A DNA stretch of 62,413 nucleotides, filler included, from Chiloscyllium plagiosum (taxonomy: Eukaryota), in the NCBI RefSeq assembly GCF_004010195.1. It is 3 parts of one record of this genome, joined end to end, with 100 filler letters (N's around TTAATTAATTAA, not from the genome) between each part and the next. Parts side by side here need not be neighbours in the genome. Positions count along the whole stretch, not along the records: positions 1 to 30,941 come from NC_057710.1; 2 more parts are not named here. One strand, 5' to 3'. Shown one piece after another: positions 1 to 12,685 of this stretch (position 1 is its first letter; every line of letters starts with the position of its first letter). The notes below the pieces were generated by a model. It saw only the letters and a program-made list of their open reading frames with translations, made no database searches and had not been told where the DNA came from. The translations under genes and the position numbers were made by a program.

Positions 1-110
1 GCATATGGACGTACATGGAATAGTGTAGGTTAGATGGGCTTCAGATTGGTATGACAGGTTGGGGCAACATCGAGGGCAGAAGGGCCTGTACTGTGCTGTT
101 ATGTTCAATG
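1..110 (+). mobile_element. CR1 LINE 3' end fragment
   Basis: 3'UTR ...GAGGGCAGAAGGGCCTGTACTGTGCTGTTATGTTCAATGT matches the CR1 3' end seen at 46260-46385. Confidence 0.8.
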
Positions 111-1186
111 TACCTTTCTGGCAGTAGTCCCTCAGGATGCATATCTCCTCATCCCTCAGCATTACAGACTGAGAGGACCCTGTGTATCTTAATACTGTAA
201 CCTCCTTACCTATTACTCCTGGCCTATGTGAATAAACTTTACTCTTGCATATATATTTTTTAAGTAGATCTGGCACTTCCTCCTTAACTAACCTCTTGTA
301 TGCTCTGAGACAGTTGTCCAACTTCCCTTGTACTTTTTGTTACTAGTCCAACAGAACTTCCAGGCTTGTCTGGTTTTCCGACATCTGGCTTTCTCCGAGC
401 CCACCAACACTGTGATTTCGTGTGGCTCACTTTATTGTAATAAAAACACTGGAATGTTTTTAAACTTCTTTGACCACTTCAAGGTTTTCTTTCTCACCCT
501 GTGGTAAGTTATTCTTATGATCTTCACTGAGATCTACCTTTCCCTTTCCACGTGAGGATTTCTCTTTGCCCCAGTTTCTATCCCTCATGGACTGAAATTG
601 ATTATAGAAGCCAAACCATGTTTTATGGACCAGCTCATAATCATCAGGCACTTCAGCTGCTAACCTTGCTGTTTTAACTCTCTGCTCTTCCATATGAGTT
701 TGCGCTACTTCCTCACTGAGCCTACCCTCAACCGTTTTCTCCAGCACTTAAAGCTGACTTTCCCTTTTAAGTGTTACTCTTTGAAGTTCAAAAGGTCTCT
801 CTTTTTCTTTCTCTGCTCTCTTTTTTCCCCTCTCTTCTGCTTTTAATTGTAACTCAACTTGTTTAATTTCTGCTGCCCTTTCCTTACCTCTCGCCTCTAG
901 CTCAAGCTGCTTCATTTGTAATTGAATTCTTGCCATCTCTATATATTCTGATGGTTTCTCCAGCAAGTTTAAATGCTGAGCTACTGTTGTAATTATCTTT
1001 CCTTTCCTCACAGAAGCAGACAGTCCCAATTCCAGCTTCTCTGCTAATTCTTGCAACTTGTCTTATTCACTTTTCGCTGCATCCACATCCAGAACACTTT
1101 TGGTGACTGAAAGAGCCAAGCTTTGTCTACCCAACCAAACCAACACCTGAAATAAAGACACGAGCACCTACCACTTGCTGTTTAAA
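111..1186 (-). mobile_element. Gypsy (Gmr1-like) LTR retrotransposon internal remnant: gag plus protease, internally deleted
   Basis: Minus-strand ORFs 748-1056 and 460-747 resemble the gag at 28191 (EEQRVKTARLAAEVPDDYELVHKT versus EEQKVQEVRRAAELADEYVLVHKT). A decayed protease motif VTVLRYTGSSQS (cf. LRDTGS) lies near 165-200. Confidence 0.8.
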
Positions 1187-1203
1187 ATCCTGGGTGAGCT
1201 CCA
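1187..1203 (-). promoter_or_regulatory. Degenerate tRNA-Pro primer binding site
   Basis: Minus strand reads TGGAGCTCACCCAGGAT versus the canonical tRNA-Pro PBS TGGGGGCTCGTCCGGGAT, immediately inside the LTR. Confidence 0.6.
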
Positions 1204-1207
1204 AATC

Positions 1208-1851
1208 CATTATGGACTAGGCCAGACCACTCAAAACATTCTTAAGCTGGCAGCCCCAGGCCATAACTTTGCAATTTGTTTTGGTGAGTATACAGTGAAA
1301 ATTACCCAGAGTTAGGTAGTGAGGTTGACTACTAGATTTTAAAATAAACAAAAATGTATTCATGAAATACACAATGAAATGCAAAGAACAGAATAAAGAA
1401 CTCCTACTGAACTCAGTCTATTCAAACTCGACTTAATTCTGCTGTTCCAAGTACACACAACAGTCCCAATAAGCAAACTCCCTCTAAAACCCAGTATAAA
1501 TTGAACATATGCTTACAGGTTGAAGTTGAAAGAGAGAGAGAGAGAGTTTCCACACAGCTCCCTGTTGAACTCCCTACTAATTCAAGACTGAACTAAACTG
1601 CTTAGCTCAGCTAGAGAGCTGACCACTCCCCTTTCTTTATACAGGTCACTTCTGAAATATGAACACTTTGGCCTGAAGCCTCATCTGTTTACATATAAAC
1701 AAAAGGCCTCTCAAGATCCTTTTCACCTCTGTACCAAACCAGACTGATCGGAGCCTGGCCTGGTTTATTAGCCCTTTGAAAAAAATCAAGGATAGAGTCT
1801 CCTTGAGCCAAGGAGCAGCTTTTCAAAAAAAAAGGAACTAGTTTTACGACA
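1208..1851 (-). mobile_element. 5' LTR of the Gypsy element
   Basis: Minus strand starts TGTCGTAAAAC at 1851 and runs to the PBS. It contains an (AG)n tract at about 1531-1546. Confidence 0.65.
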
Positions 1852-3829
1852 AAATACTCCAGGATTATTCAGATGAGACCTGATGTTGGATGAACCTTGA
1901 GCTTCTCAGTTCCGCAATGCATTGTATGCACAGTGACTATTTTAGGTGAGAAGACAGGGCATTAGATAATGTGACTTGCAGCATGGATTGGGTGGGTACA
2001 CAATGCAGCCCATTATGGACACTTCATGTTTATTTTCACCCAAGTAACAGCTGCCATGCAAATTTCTGAACTAATAGCCTTTTTAATATAAATGCGTTCA
2101 TGTTTCCAATTGAATAATGAGAAGGAAATTTCATATAAACTTCCTTAGCATTTGCTCATTAATATTTATACGATGTAATGTCTGCATTGCATTTAATCGT
2201 GAATATTACCTTGTTTATGTCATTAAATGAAGTTAAGAAATGGACATACATTACAAAAGCAATTTTAATAATTCTTGAAGTGCTTGAGGCATTTTTGTTT
2301 TGATCTGTTTATGGGATGTGGATCTTGCTGGATTGGTCAACATTTATTGTCCATTGCTGACTGCCCTGCAGAAATTATACTTAGTGGAAATAAAACAATT
2401 AAGTGAACTTAAGAGTTCAAAGTATTTATAATTCCTTACATTGTTGAGAAGTTTGTCATTCTAAATGAATCCGTCAGGACTTTATTCATAGTTACAAGCG
2501 TAGTTTTGCTATTTTCTTCTCTGACTAGCATTGTTCCAATGTATTTTACTGTGACTGTTTCTCCTGTTTTCAGCACCAATTCCTTGAGGAGGATAATGTT
2601 AATCACTTAAACAGAGCACATGTTCAATGGGACACATTAATTACATTATATATGGCTAGCCATTATCTATTCTAAAATATTAATTATGCAATTGTCACTG
2701 CTGTTCCTTACTCCAAACCATTTTGGCATCTGATGTGATATGGGGCATTTTTAATAATGCCTGCTTATGCAGAATTTATCATATCCCATGAATCTAGAAT
2801 ATGAATGAGCACCACATTGATACCAGCAAATGGATAAAATCCTTTCTCCTAATATGGTGGTTGTAAAAAGAGACTGATCTTTTGATAGCCTATATGAGCA
2901 GAAATTCAGCACTGAGCAAAACAAAACAATCAGATATTTATCAACACATCGCAGACTTCTTAAAATGTCTCTGCTGTTTTATTAAAATTCTCAAAACAAA
3001 TGTTCTAAAAAGGAGGGCTCTATTATTAATGATGAAAAGCTTATCATCACCATAAATACAATGTTTCGGTTGCTCACTTTGCATCAAAGAATTGCAGTTT
3101 AATTATACAGGAGTAATATGTTTCAGCGCAAAGGTTTCAATAATTCTATCATCAATGACCTAAACTCATCAAACTCAAAGATTTTGTCTCTCTTGATAAG
3201 GCAAAACAAAGAAAAAAATCTAACTGTTATTACACGGGTAAATTTTAACTCAGTTATGTAATAATTAGGTCAACAAGCTACAACACTGTTTGTACTCACT
3301 TATCATGCCAGACCATCATTGTTTGTCCTGGGTATATCTTTTTACTGTTGTTATGAATTCTCATATTATTGATAGTAGACTCTCAGATTGTTGATATTGA
3401 AACCTTTATTATTTCATCAAATCTCTATACTGGGTTATTTTGATTTTGTGCTTCAATATTTAATTAAATGCTTTAGAAGGACATACTCCTTCCAAGATTT
3501 CTTTCTTGTAGATATGGATGCCAACAAGGCATGGAGAATGAGCGGAGGCAACTTGGAGGAGGGCAAGCTGCTTGAAGTGGAAGGGAGATAAAGATCCTCA
3601 GACGATGGTCACATCTTCCTGGGTTACTCGGGGCTCCCAGCCTCAGTTCGAGTGAGGAGCAATGTATCTGATACCTTTGTTTCACCAAGGGGATGTTCAC
3701 TGGTTGCAGTCAGAATTATAATCTCAGGAAATAGTGGAAATGACTTTATTCATTGCTGTGAAGGCACCTGTCATCTTCAAAATTTGCGTTTGGCCCCTTC
3801 TCAGTTGAAGCAGGTGACATTGCAACATC

Positions 3830-4042
3830 AGGCAGAAGGTGAGGACTGCAGATGTTGAAGATCAGAGTCAAAGAGTGTGGTGCTGGAAAAGCACAGCAGG
3901 TCAGGCTGCATCTGAGGAGCAGGAGAATCGATGTTTCAGGCATTTGACTATTCCTAATGGAGGGGTTATGCCTGAAATGTCGATTCTCCTGCTCCTTGGA
4001 TGTTGCCTGACCGACTGTGCTTTTATGGCACCACACTCATCA
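3830..4042. mobile_element. PLE-derived inverted pseudo-LTR pair (family A) with a decayed hammerhead motif
   Basis: Two copies of the family A repeat in opposite orientation, flanked by the direct repeat ACRTTGCAACATC (3817-3829 and 4043-4055). Confidence 0.75.
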
Positions 4043-4343
4043 ACGTTGCAACATCGCATGTTTAGCTGTTCATAGTTTATGGGAGGTGCCTAAGTTTCTG
4101 TGCATGGAGATCTGAATACATTTCATTCCTTTTTACAACAGGCAGAGTGGATATGTAGCCTCGAGATGCTTCATGAATTGCCTATGGTGCTGTGTGTCAT
4201 TGACTACATACACAAGCTACAATCAATTACAATACACAAATGAGAATTAGACTTAATGTAAAAGGCTCACTGAGGGTATCTTCAGGAAAGCTAACTGCTG
4301 TCTTTACCTGGTCTGGTTTACATGTGACTCCAGACCCACAGCA

Positions 4344-4508
4344 GGAGAAAGTGAGGACTGCAGATGCTGGGGAAAAGCACAGCAAGTCAGGCAGCATCCA
4401 AGGAGCAGGAGAATCAATGTTTCGGGCATAAGCTCTTCATCAGGAAGAGTCAATTCTCCTGCTCCTCAGATGCTGCCTGACCTGCTGTGCTTTTCCAGCA
4501 CCAAACTC
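4344..4508. mobile_element. PLE-derived inverted pseudo-LTR pair (family A) inserted in an older SINE
   Basis: Inverted arms. Minus strand 4446-4413 reads TTC CTGATGA A GAGC TTAT GCCC GAAAC ATT GA. Flanks resemble CCAGACCCACA on both sides. Confidence 0.75.
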
Positions 4509-4644
4509 CAGAACCCAACAACATGATTGACTCTTAACTGCCATCTGGGCAACAGGGATTGGAACTGGGCAGTGAAATCACAAGTTGGAAATGATTTTTA
4601 AAAATGTTGAAATACAAATGGGGAATGAAAGAGAATATATAAGA

Positions 4645-6122
4645 AGAGAAAGGCCATGCACTCAGAACCTGTAAGGACCAGCTAGCGGGAGTATTCACTG
4701 GAATCTTCAACCTCTCCTGCCACAGTCTGAAGTCCCTACTTGCTCCAAGAAGACCACCATCATGCAATGTGTCTTATATTACCGCCTTGTACTACTAGGC
4801 TCTGTCCTCCATAGTCAAGAAAGTGCTTTGAGAGGTTAGTCATGGCTTACATTAACTCTCGCCTCCCAGCTTGCCTCAATCTCCTGATACTGGCCTACCC
4901 AGCAAAACAGGTCCACAGCCATGCCATATCCCTAGCCCGAATCTCATCCCTGGAACATCTCAATAATAAGGACACCTACGTCAGGCTCCTACTCATTGAC
5001 TACAGCTCCACCTTCAACACCATAATCCCTGCCAGACTAATGTCAAAACTCTCAAACCTAGGCCTTGGCTCCACCCTCTACAACTGGATCCTCAGCTTCC
5101 TGACCCACAGACCACAATCAGTGAAGACAGGCCACAGCACCTACTCCACAACAACACTCAACACTGGTGCCTGCAAAGGTCCGTACTCAGCTCCCTACTG
5201 TATTCCCTGTACACCCATGTGTGTGCAGCCAAATTTCATACAAGTGTCATCTACAAGTTTGCTGATCACATCACTGTTATAAACTGGATATTAAATAATG
5301 ATTAATCACAATACAGAAAGGAAATGGAGGGCTTGGTGACGTGGTGCAATGGTAACAATCTTTCTCTCAATGTCAGCAAAACAGAAGCACTGATCATTGA
5401 CTTCAGGAAGAAAGGACGAAGACACGCTCCTATCTACATCAATGGAGCTGAGGTGGAGAGGGTCGAGAGTGTCCAGTTGCTCACAGTAACGATAATGGAT
5501 AACCATTCCTGGATATCCCCTGTAGATGTGATGGTCAAGAAGGCACAATAATGCTTCTTCCTCCTCAGGAAATTCAGCATGTTCTTAAGGACCCACACCA
5601 ACCTTTACAGTTGCAGCATAGGAAGTATTCTGAGTACATAACAGCCTGTTATGGCCACTGTTCTGCCCAGGACTGTCAGAAACGACAGAAGGTTGTGTGC
5701 ACAGCCCAGACCATTACAAACGTCAACCTCCTATCCATGGACTCCATTTACATGGGTTGTTGCCACGGAAAGGCTGCCAACATCATCCAGGACCCCTCCC
5801 ACCCCAGTAATGCTCTTTTCCAATCCCTTCCATGAGGCAGCAGATACAGGAATTTGAACACACTCACCAACAGGTTCGAGCACAGCTTCTTCCCTGCTGT
5901 TATCAGACTGCTGAACAGACCTCCCTAATTTCAAATCTAATGTTGATCTCACCTTTGTGCACCTCCTGTGCCTATGTAACCTTGTATGCCTTGTTCTGTC
6001 GAGGCACCGTATGAGCTATATGTCCTTGTTTACTATTATCTACCTGTATTGCTTGCAAAACAAATCTTTTCACTGTATTTAGGGACATGTGACAACAATA
6101 AATCAAATCAAATCAAATTCAA
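4645..6122 (+). mobile_element. Rex1/Babar-type LINE, 5'-truncated, decayed RT
   Basis: RT motifs [45 protein letters not shown] and IIQDPSHP, ending in an AATAAA plus (AAATC)n tail at about 6097-6120. Confidence 0.85.
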
Positions 6123-7549
6123 CGATCTGTGCACATATGCACCTTTGGGGATTGACACCTGGCACTGGCCTCCAACATTATTTGGTGCCACTATCCTTGA
6201 AACGTTTGTCTGAAGGGAATGCATGGAGAGAAGAGCTTGTTATCACATTCACCTAGGCATTCACTGCAGCTTCAGAGAATGTTGGAGGATGTTTTCAGTC
6301 TTGTTGCACCATAATTCACTTTTCTTCCTGACCAGACTCTCTCCCATGAAAGGTTACAGAAACTGCTTTAGTCAGACTATACCTCACCTTCCAGAGGCAC
6401 AGTCTGGCTGTATGTAGTGCTTGCTTTAAACCATACACTGCCTGAACTCCCTTGCAGAGGGGTCAAGCACTTGCTGTGTACAGCAATCAGAGATTGCAGA
6501 AAATTGGTGTGTTGCCTATAAGGGATGGGTGGTTGTGCATAGCCAAGTACAATTTTGGGAGCCCTCATTATGCAACTTATTGAAGCTGATACTACAATGG
6601 TCAATCACTGTCTTATTGGGAGTCATGTTAATGAAGTACTAACCAACCTTGCAAGGTGAAACATTCGAGCCAATGCAAACTAATGGCTTTTTTCTGCCTT
6701 TTATTGTATCAAGTTTAATTTCTTAAGATGGTGACATTTTCATTTCATCACACCCTTTTCATTGACATTTTGTCATATAATTATCAAATGTGAGTTATTC
6801 GTCAAGTTATGGAGTACATTAATGACACTAAAATGCATTAAAAAAGCAATTGATATAATATGTAAAAGTTATCAGAAACAGTTTTAGCCCCTTGTGAATT
6901 GTTTTATTCAATCAACAACTGGTATTTTCATGTGCAATAATTTCCCATCCTGTTCATGGACAGATGTTGTTTTAAAATCACAATTGAAATGGTATTTGCA
7001 TAATATGACAATTATACTTGTCTCACACAACATCATTTTTCTTTAATATCACTCAGCACTAATTGGAAGTAGTCATTTACCACACAACAACGTGTTTACA
7101 CAGGGTTTGAAGAAATTAGTTTTCACTTTTAAGGCTTTCAAATAACAGGCCCAATTTTCTCCAGACCATGTACATCAAGATTAGTTCTGTCAGCAGGAAA
7201 GTTTCCTTCCTGTTGAAAAAGTGTGTAATATTGAAATAACAATACCCTGTTTTCTCACGTGTTTACTCCAATGTACCAATCAAAACCAACATGAGTTGAT
7301 GCATTTAGTGTTCTACCACTTATTTTGTTATCAATTTTAGCTACAAATATAAAATGCATGAATAAAATTAAAAGGAAGTGATTCTTATTTACTGCAAGCC
7401 TTTCTTTTTGAATCAATACATGCGCAATCTGCTGTTAATATTTTTATGCAATTCCATTTTCTTGTTGCTTTGCTTTTTCTGTGATCATACACATGAATTT
7501 GTGCCTTAAACTTTACAGTTAAATGCGCACTTTAAATTGCTTTATGGAC

Positions 7550-8200
7550 AGAAGCAACATTAACGTTTAAGGTCAATGAATTTTCCTCAGAACTGCAGAT
7601 AGAAACATGAGAGGGTTTAAACCAGTGGAAAGGGACTGGGGACATAGGAACAAAGGAGAAGCTCTGTGATGGGTGGGGGTCAAGAGAGATTAAATGATGA
7701 AATATTTCCTAGTGTAACAATCAAAGTAATGGATATAGTAAAGAAATCTAAGTTTTGTCTAAGTGAGCTGTGAATCTATATGTAAACCATATAAATGTAA
7801 CATGAAGGGATAAAGAAAGAAACATGACCAGATCAACTCAGCAAAACAAAAAAAATCCCTACAAAATTGAGGTAGGGATCCTGATCGAAAGTTATTGACT
7901 TCAATACTGAGTCCAGAGTACCAAGGCAAAAGGTAAGTGGCTGAATCTTCCTAACCATTGAATGACATGTAAAGAATGCATGAGAGCAGGAGTAGGAAAA
8001 TTCACCATGTTCAGGACAAAATGTCACAGTGTACAAGTAAGTGTTGAACTGTGAGAAAAGAGACTTGCTAGTGAGTGGCAAAGAGCCTTTTTGCCTGCAT
8101 TAACATGTATTAACATCTCATTATTAGTTAATCTTAACTCATTTATGTGGTTTCTCATTTCCCACCCATTAGAAGAAATGAGACACTGAGAACTCCCAAT
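7550..8200 (-). mobile_element. Old Penelope-like element remnant (family C pseudo-LTR and adjacent sequence)
   Basis: Visual similarity to the family C repeat (TTAACGTTT...CTCAGAACT) and to the PLE segment at 10880-11146. Confidence 0.45.
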
Positions 8201-8769
8201 ATAAAGGTCAGAGTTGTAATCTGGCAATTCCAGTTTGTGCTGGGTCCTCTGGCGACCACCATCACAGCAGACACCAACATCTCAGGCTGAGGTCCATGGA
8301 CGGTCAACAAATGCAGAATTTAACTATGGATGTTGGCATTGGTCACATGCCAATCTCATTTGCACTTTCATGGTACATTTCTGTATCACATATAATATGG
8401 TTCAAAACTGCAGTTTGGAGAACACAAGTACCTTTCATCGTAGAGCTGCTGGCACAAAACTTTGTCTTTGGTATGGACAAGATTACATTTTGGGGATTCT
8501 TGCTTGCTATCTTAGTCCTTACTCACTTCGCATGTACATGTCCAACCATTTTGCACTTTGTCCCCTCAGCCAGAGCTCAAAGGCTCACAGCACTAATGTT
8601 TTTCCTTACCTTTAGCACAGATACTAAACCAGACAGTTTGTCATGGATATCAGCATTGATCAGTAAAAGGGATGTTGCTGTCTGGCATTGTGTTATGTCA
8701 GTCTTCCACCTGCAACATGTACTATCTCTGTGTTGTCGTTTGAATGACTGCTTGGGTTAATCTAAGAAA

Positions 8770-9060
8770 AAGCCCATGACATTATTATGAAGAAGAGTCA
8801 GGCAGTTGTCCCCACTAATCATATGGACTGAACAAATGGTTTCCACCAACTGGTTACATCATCTGAGTGAAAAAGTCCTTCATCACAAGAAGAATACCTG
8901 GTCATTATCACACTGATGTTTGTTGGAATTTGAAGTGCACAAATTAACAAATTACCTCACAATGATAACTGCTTTCCAAAAGGTACTTATTTGTCTTTAA
9001 AGCAGTTTGTAACGTCCACTGGTCTTGAAAAATGTGAGATAAAAGCCTCTGTTTTTCTAT
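8770..9060 (+). mobile_element. Ancient DeuSINE (SacSINE1/AmnSINE-like) remnant
   Basis: Contains CTGGTCATTATCACACTGATGTTTGTTGGAATTTGAAGTGCACAAATT, resembling the Deu domain as recalled from memory. Confidence 0.5.
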
Positions 9061-9544
9061 TCTCATTGGTCAGGCATGTGTTGCGAGTGGTTCTAACAGT
9101 TGCTACTCTATTTTAGGTTTCCAGCATTTCGATTTTTTGCAATAAACATAATACTTTAAAATTAATTTTGTTATAGTAAACTTCAGCATAATTAAAATGC
9201 TAATGTAAATAATTTCACTTTTGGTTTGTTGTCCAGAGGTGAAATTCAAATCAAGCATAAAGCATAAAGTGCTGGAAATATTCAGTAGATCAATACAAGT
9301 AAAGACATGTTTAATATTTCATATGCTTGTATCGCAACAGAACCAAATCCAGTTGACATTAACAATCACATTTTTATGGTGAAAAAGGAGAGATGATTTG
9401 GAATATGATTAGGATTGTTCATTCAGGCAAGATGATGAAAGGGAAGTAAATTCATATTATCTTACTTGTGGATAATGAGGCAGAATGAACAAATGGTCTA
9501 ATACATGGACATAATTTAGAAACCGAATAATTAGACTCAGAGGA

Positions 9545-9645
9545 TCTTTGCAATGCAGTGGTGATGTCCCTATCTATGAGTAGGGTGGCAGGTTCAGTTC
9601 CCACCTGCTCCAGACATGTGTCAACATTTCTGAACAGTTTGGTTA
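9545..9645 (+). mobile_element. Old tRNA-derived short SINE; related copies at 25305-25365 (-), 34725-34830 and 49853-49945
   Basis: Shared pattern TGCAGTGGT...GTCCCTA...GGTTCAAGTCCCACCTGCTCCAGA...TCTGAACAG with A-box and B-box-like motifs. Confidence 0.55.
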
Positions 9646-10415
9646 GGAAAGTATCTGCAATTAAGCTCAGTGCAAGCCTAGCAAAGGCATGCATGCTAAA
9701 ATGGTTTAATTCAGCAGAAAAGTTTAACAAAGTTTTCAGAAATATGTTGAAGCCTGAAGCTCCAAGATAAATACTGTAAAGAGATTAAATCTAATTTGCA
9801 ATGCAAAAAGGAAGGATTTAACACAGGGTAAATAACAAAACTGAGGGCGTATGAGACAAATCTAATAAAAACAACACTGAAAATTCAAGGGGAGCTAGGG
9901 ATACTACAAGAGCTACTACAATTCAGAAGAATTTAAATGAAGATTTGAAATCATGGAAATCAATATGATCTCTGTCTTCTGGATTTGGAACAGTGGCCTG
10001 AGTGGAATTTGGAGATGCTGCTGAAGTTGTACTATATCCCCCACCTAACCCCACCCCAAAAGACACCACAAAGCAGTGGCTATGATTCATCCATTATCAG
10101 TGTATGTTCCACAAACCAATAAGCATAGGCATCTGACACAGACCGAAATCAGCAGCATCACAGCTCCATTGACAGAGGCCCCACTATAAAAGGTACTACA
10201 AGTAAAATGTTACATTTTTCTTTTTTACAATTTTCATTTGATAATTATTTAATTACCAGTCACTTAAAGAACTATAGTTCACTGAATAGGGTGCAGTTAA
10301 AATGTTTTTATTTTTGCTCAGGCAGGTCCTTTGGAACTTAACTCCAGTTTTAACATTGATTCTTCTGGGAATCAATGTATCAGTTAAAGTCATGATTTTC
10401 AGGAACACACAAGTC

Positions 10416-10708
10416 ACAGAATCATACAGTCATAGAGTTGTATAGCATGGCACCAGACCCCTTGATCCAACTTGTCCATGCCGACCAGATATCCTAAATT
10501 AATCTAGTCCCATTTGCTAGCACTTGGCCTATATTCCTCTGAAGTCTTCCTGTTCATATACTCATCCAGATGCCTTTTAAATGTAATTGTACCAACCTCC
10601 ACCACTTCCTCTAGCAGCTCATTCCATACATGCACTGCCCTTTATGTGAAAAAAGTTGCCCCTTAGGTCCCTTTTATATCTTTCCCCTCTTGCCCTAACC
10701 CTATGCCT
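10416..10708 (-). mobile_element. CR1 3' end fragment
   Basis: Reverse complement of the CR1 3' end, closely similar to 44137-44420. Confidence 0.8.
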
Positions 10709-10736
10709 GACTGTGCCCTACAACTCCTACTTTAAG

Positions 10737-10825
10737 TCGAAGAGTGTGGCAATGGAAAAGCACAGCAGGTCAGCCAGCATTCAAGGAGTAGGAGAGTCGA
10801 TGTTTAGGGCATAAGGCCTTCATTT
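10737..10825 (-). mobile_element. Family A PLE pseudo-LTR copy (decayed hammerhead)
   Basis: GGAAAAGCACAGCAGGTCAG...GTCGATGTTTAGGGCATAAGGCCTTCAT. Confidence 0.7.
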
Positions 10826-10879
10826 CTCACTTTCTCTAACTCTTATTTTAAGGGGCACCCTGGCATAGATTTTAGATAA

Positions 10880-12300
10880 ATGAACGAGAGCAGGATTGGC
10901 AAAAGTAATGGGGAAGCTCTATCATCAGATGTGAAACAGGAGATTGAAAAACCAAAGGTGTGAATGGTAGAAAGACAGATAGGAACTGTCTGAAAGCAAA
11001 TACAAGAGAGAAACAAAAAAAACCAAAACTTGCAACAAGAAAAGGAAAATAAAAGGGGCCAGAGACTAAAGAATTTGTTTAACTCAATTCTTAGTTGAGA
11101 GGCTATGGAATACTTAGTTGAAAAATATGTACCACCCTTGAGTTTGTGTGACGGCTGTGAATATTGAGTTCATAACTGATATTTTTTGGTATATATCTTT
11201 TAGCTTGGAGATTAAAACATTAGCTGTGTTATAACTGGATTAAGCTGGCCGAAGAAACTAATAAATAAGCCTATTATAAAGGCAAATCAAACCTGCCATG
11301 TTTAGTTTAACTGTGTTTATCTTACAAGGTCAGAGTTAATAGTGACAAAAATAAATTATCCTGATTATCTCTGAGCTGGTAATGGAGCCAGAAAATATGC
11401 TGAAAGAGTGTAAAACTCCATTAGCAGTAAGAATTCTTCATATATGTTGCAGAATTAAAAGGGCTGCATTGAAGGTTAAATACTCTTTTCATATTTCTAT
11501 TTGAGAACATCACCAAGCATCCCACATCGTCATGGAGAAGGAAAGTCACGGTAGAATGTTCTGCTATTTAATGTATGTGCTTATGTATGTGCTTGCTAAT
11601 AGAAACAAGCTTTGGGAACAGACAGAGCCAGTTGCAAAAAATGCCAATGGTGGAGTCCCAGAATATTTCCTCAGTTGATAGTTGGAGTGATGAGGAAAAT
11701 TAGGATGAACTCTTGCATACCTTTCGATAGATTGCAGGAAAAGTGAATGCCATGTCACTATTTTGTTTGATGAGTGAAGTCTTCTGTGGTGGGAGTAGGA
11801 GTAAAAAGTAGAACTAATTTTATGATATAAGTGTTGATAAGTTATAGTGGTAATTTATTTGTGCTTGCTTTGTTTCATTTCTCTTTATATACAATTAAGT
11901 TTGTTTTTGTATAAAAACATTAAAACTTGTGGCATAACTCTGCGATCTAATTGCAGTGTTGCACGTATTTCTTCTTTAAACATCAACAATATCCAAATAG
12001 GATTGTAATTTCATTGGAACAATGTAGCAGGCCAAGAAAAGAAGAGTCAGTCTAAAAACAAGGCGAAGAATATGAATAACATACAATCAGAAACATTGGC
12101 GCATGCTCGGCAAATGTGGGTTTGATCTACCCAATGCGGATCAGACTGCAGTGTGAACAGTGAATACAGAATAGTCAATTAAAAAGAGTACACACAAATT
12201 ACTGGTTCACTTGGAAGGTGAGTTTATGGCGTTGGACAATGAGAAGAGTGGAGGTGAAAGGGCCATTGTTGCAAATCCTGCACTTACGGGGAATGTTACA
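10880..12300 (-). mobile_element. Neptune-type Penelope-like element 3' remnant (Cys-rich linker plus GIY-YIG), split by an LTR-like insertion at 11147-12009
   Basis: Minus strand 12300-12100 translates as KCRICNNGPFTSTLLIVQRHKLTFQVNQ*FVCTLFN*LFCIHCSHCSLIRIG*IKPTFAEHA, a decayed Zn-finger linker followed by a GIY-YIG domain. Confidence 0.65.
11147..12009 (+). mobile_element. Putative old solo LTR
   Basis: Starts TGTGAC and ends TGTAA(T), interrupting otherwise continuous PLE-like sequence. No coding remnants. Confidence 0.4.
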
Positions 12301-12336
12301 AGCATTTATATTGTAGTTATGATTGGTTTCTAAGAA

Positions 12337-12685
12337 CCATAATAAGACCATAAGAAATACGAACAGGAATAGTCTGTCCAGCTCCACCATTCAATAGAAT
12401 CCTAGCTGATCCAACATTCTCCTTGTCCACTTGCCTATCCTTTCATAATAACCCTTGATTCTCCTACTTATCAAGAATCTATTTACCATGGCCTTAAATA
12501 TGCAAAACTGTCACTGGCAAGGAGTTCCAAAACCTCCCCAACTCAGACGTGAATTGGTACCAATTTATTCTGAGACTATGCCCTCTTGTCCTAGGGTCTC
12601 CCATGAGGGAAACACCCCTGGCATTTACACTGGCAAGCCCTTAAGGATCCTATATATTTCAATAAGATGACTTCTCATTCTTCAA
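12337..12685 (-). mobile_element. CR1 3' end fragment
   Basis: (ACCATAAG)-type tail and CR1 3' sequence similar to 27385-27900. Confidence 0.7.

Noticed and set aside
8235..8760. 126-aa and 154-aa ORFs with hydrophobic stretches
   Set aside because: Two overlapping frames without recognisable motifs and no support as an exon.
9545..9645. tRNA-like heads (also 34725, 49853, 59590-59660) as tRNA genes
   Set aside because: No complete cloverleaf. They continue into shared SINE bodies.
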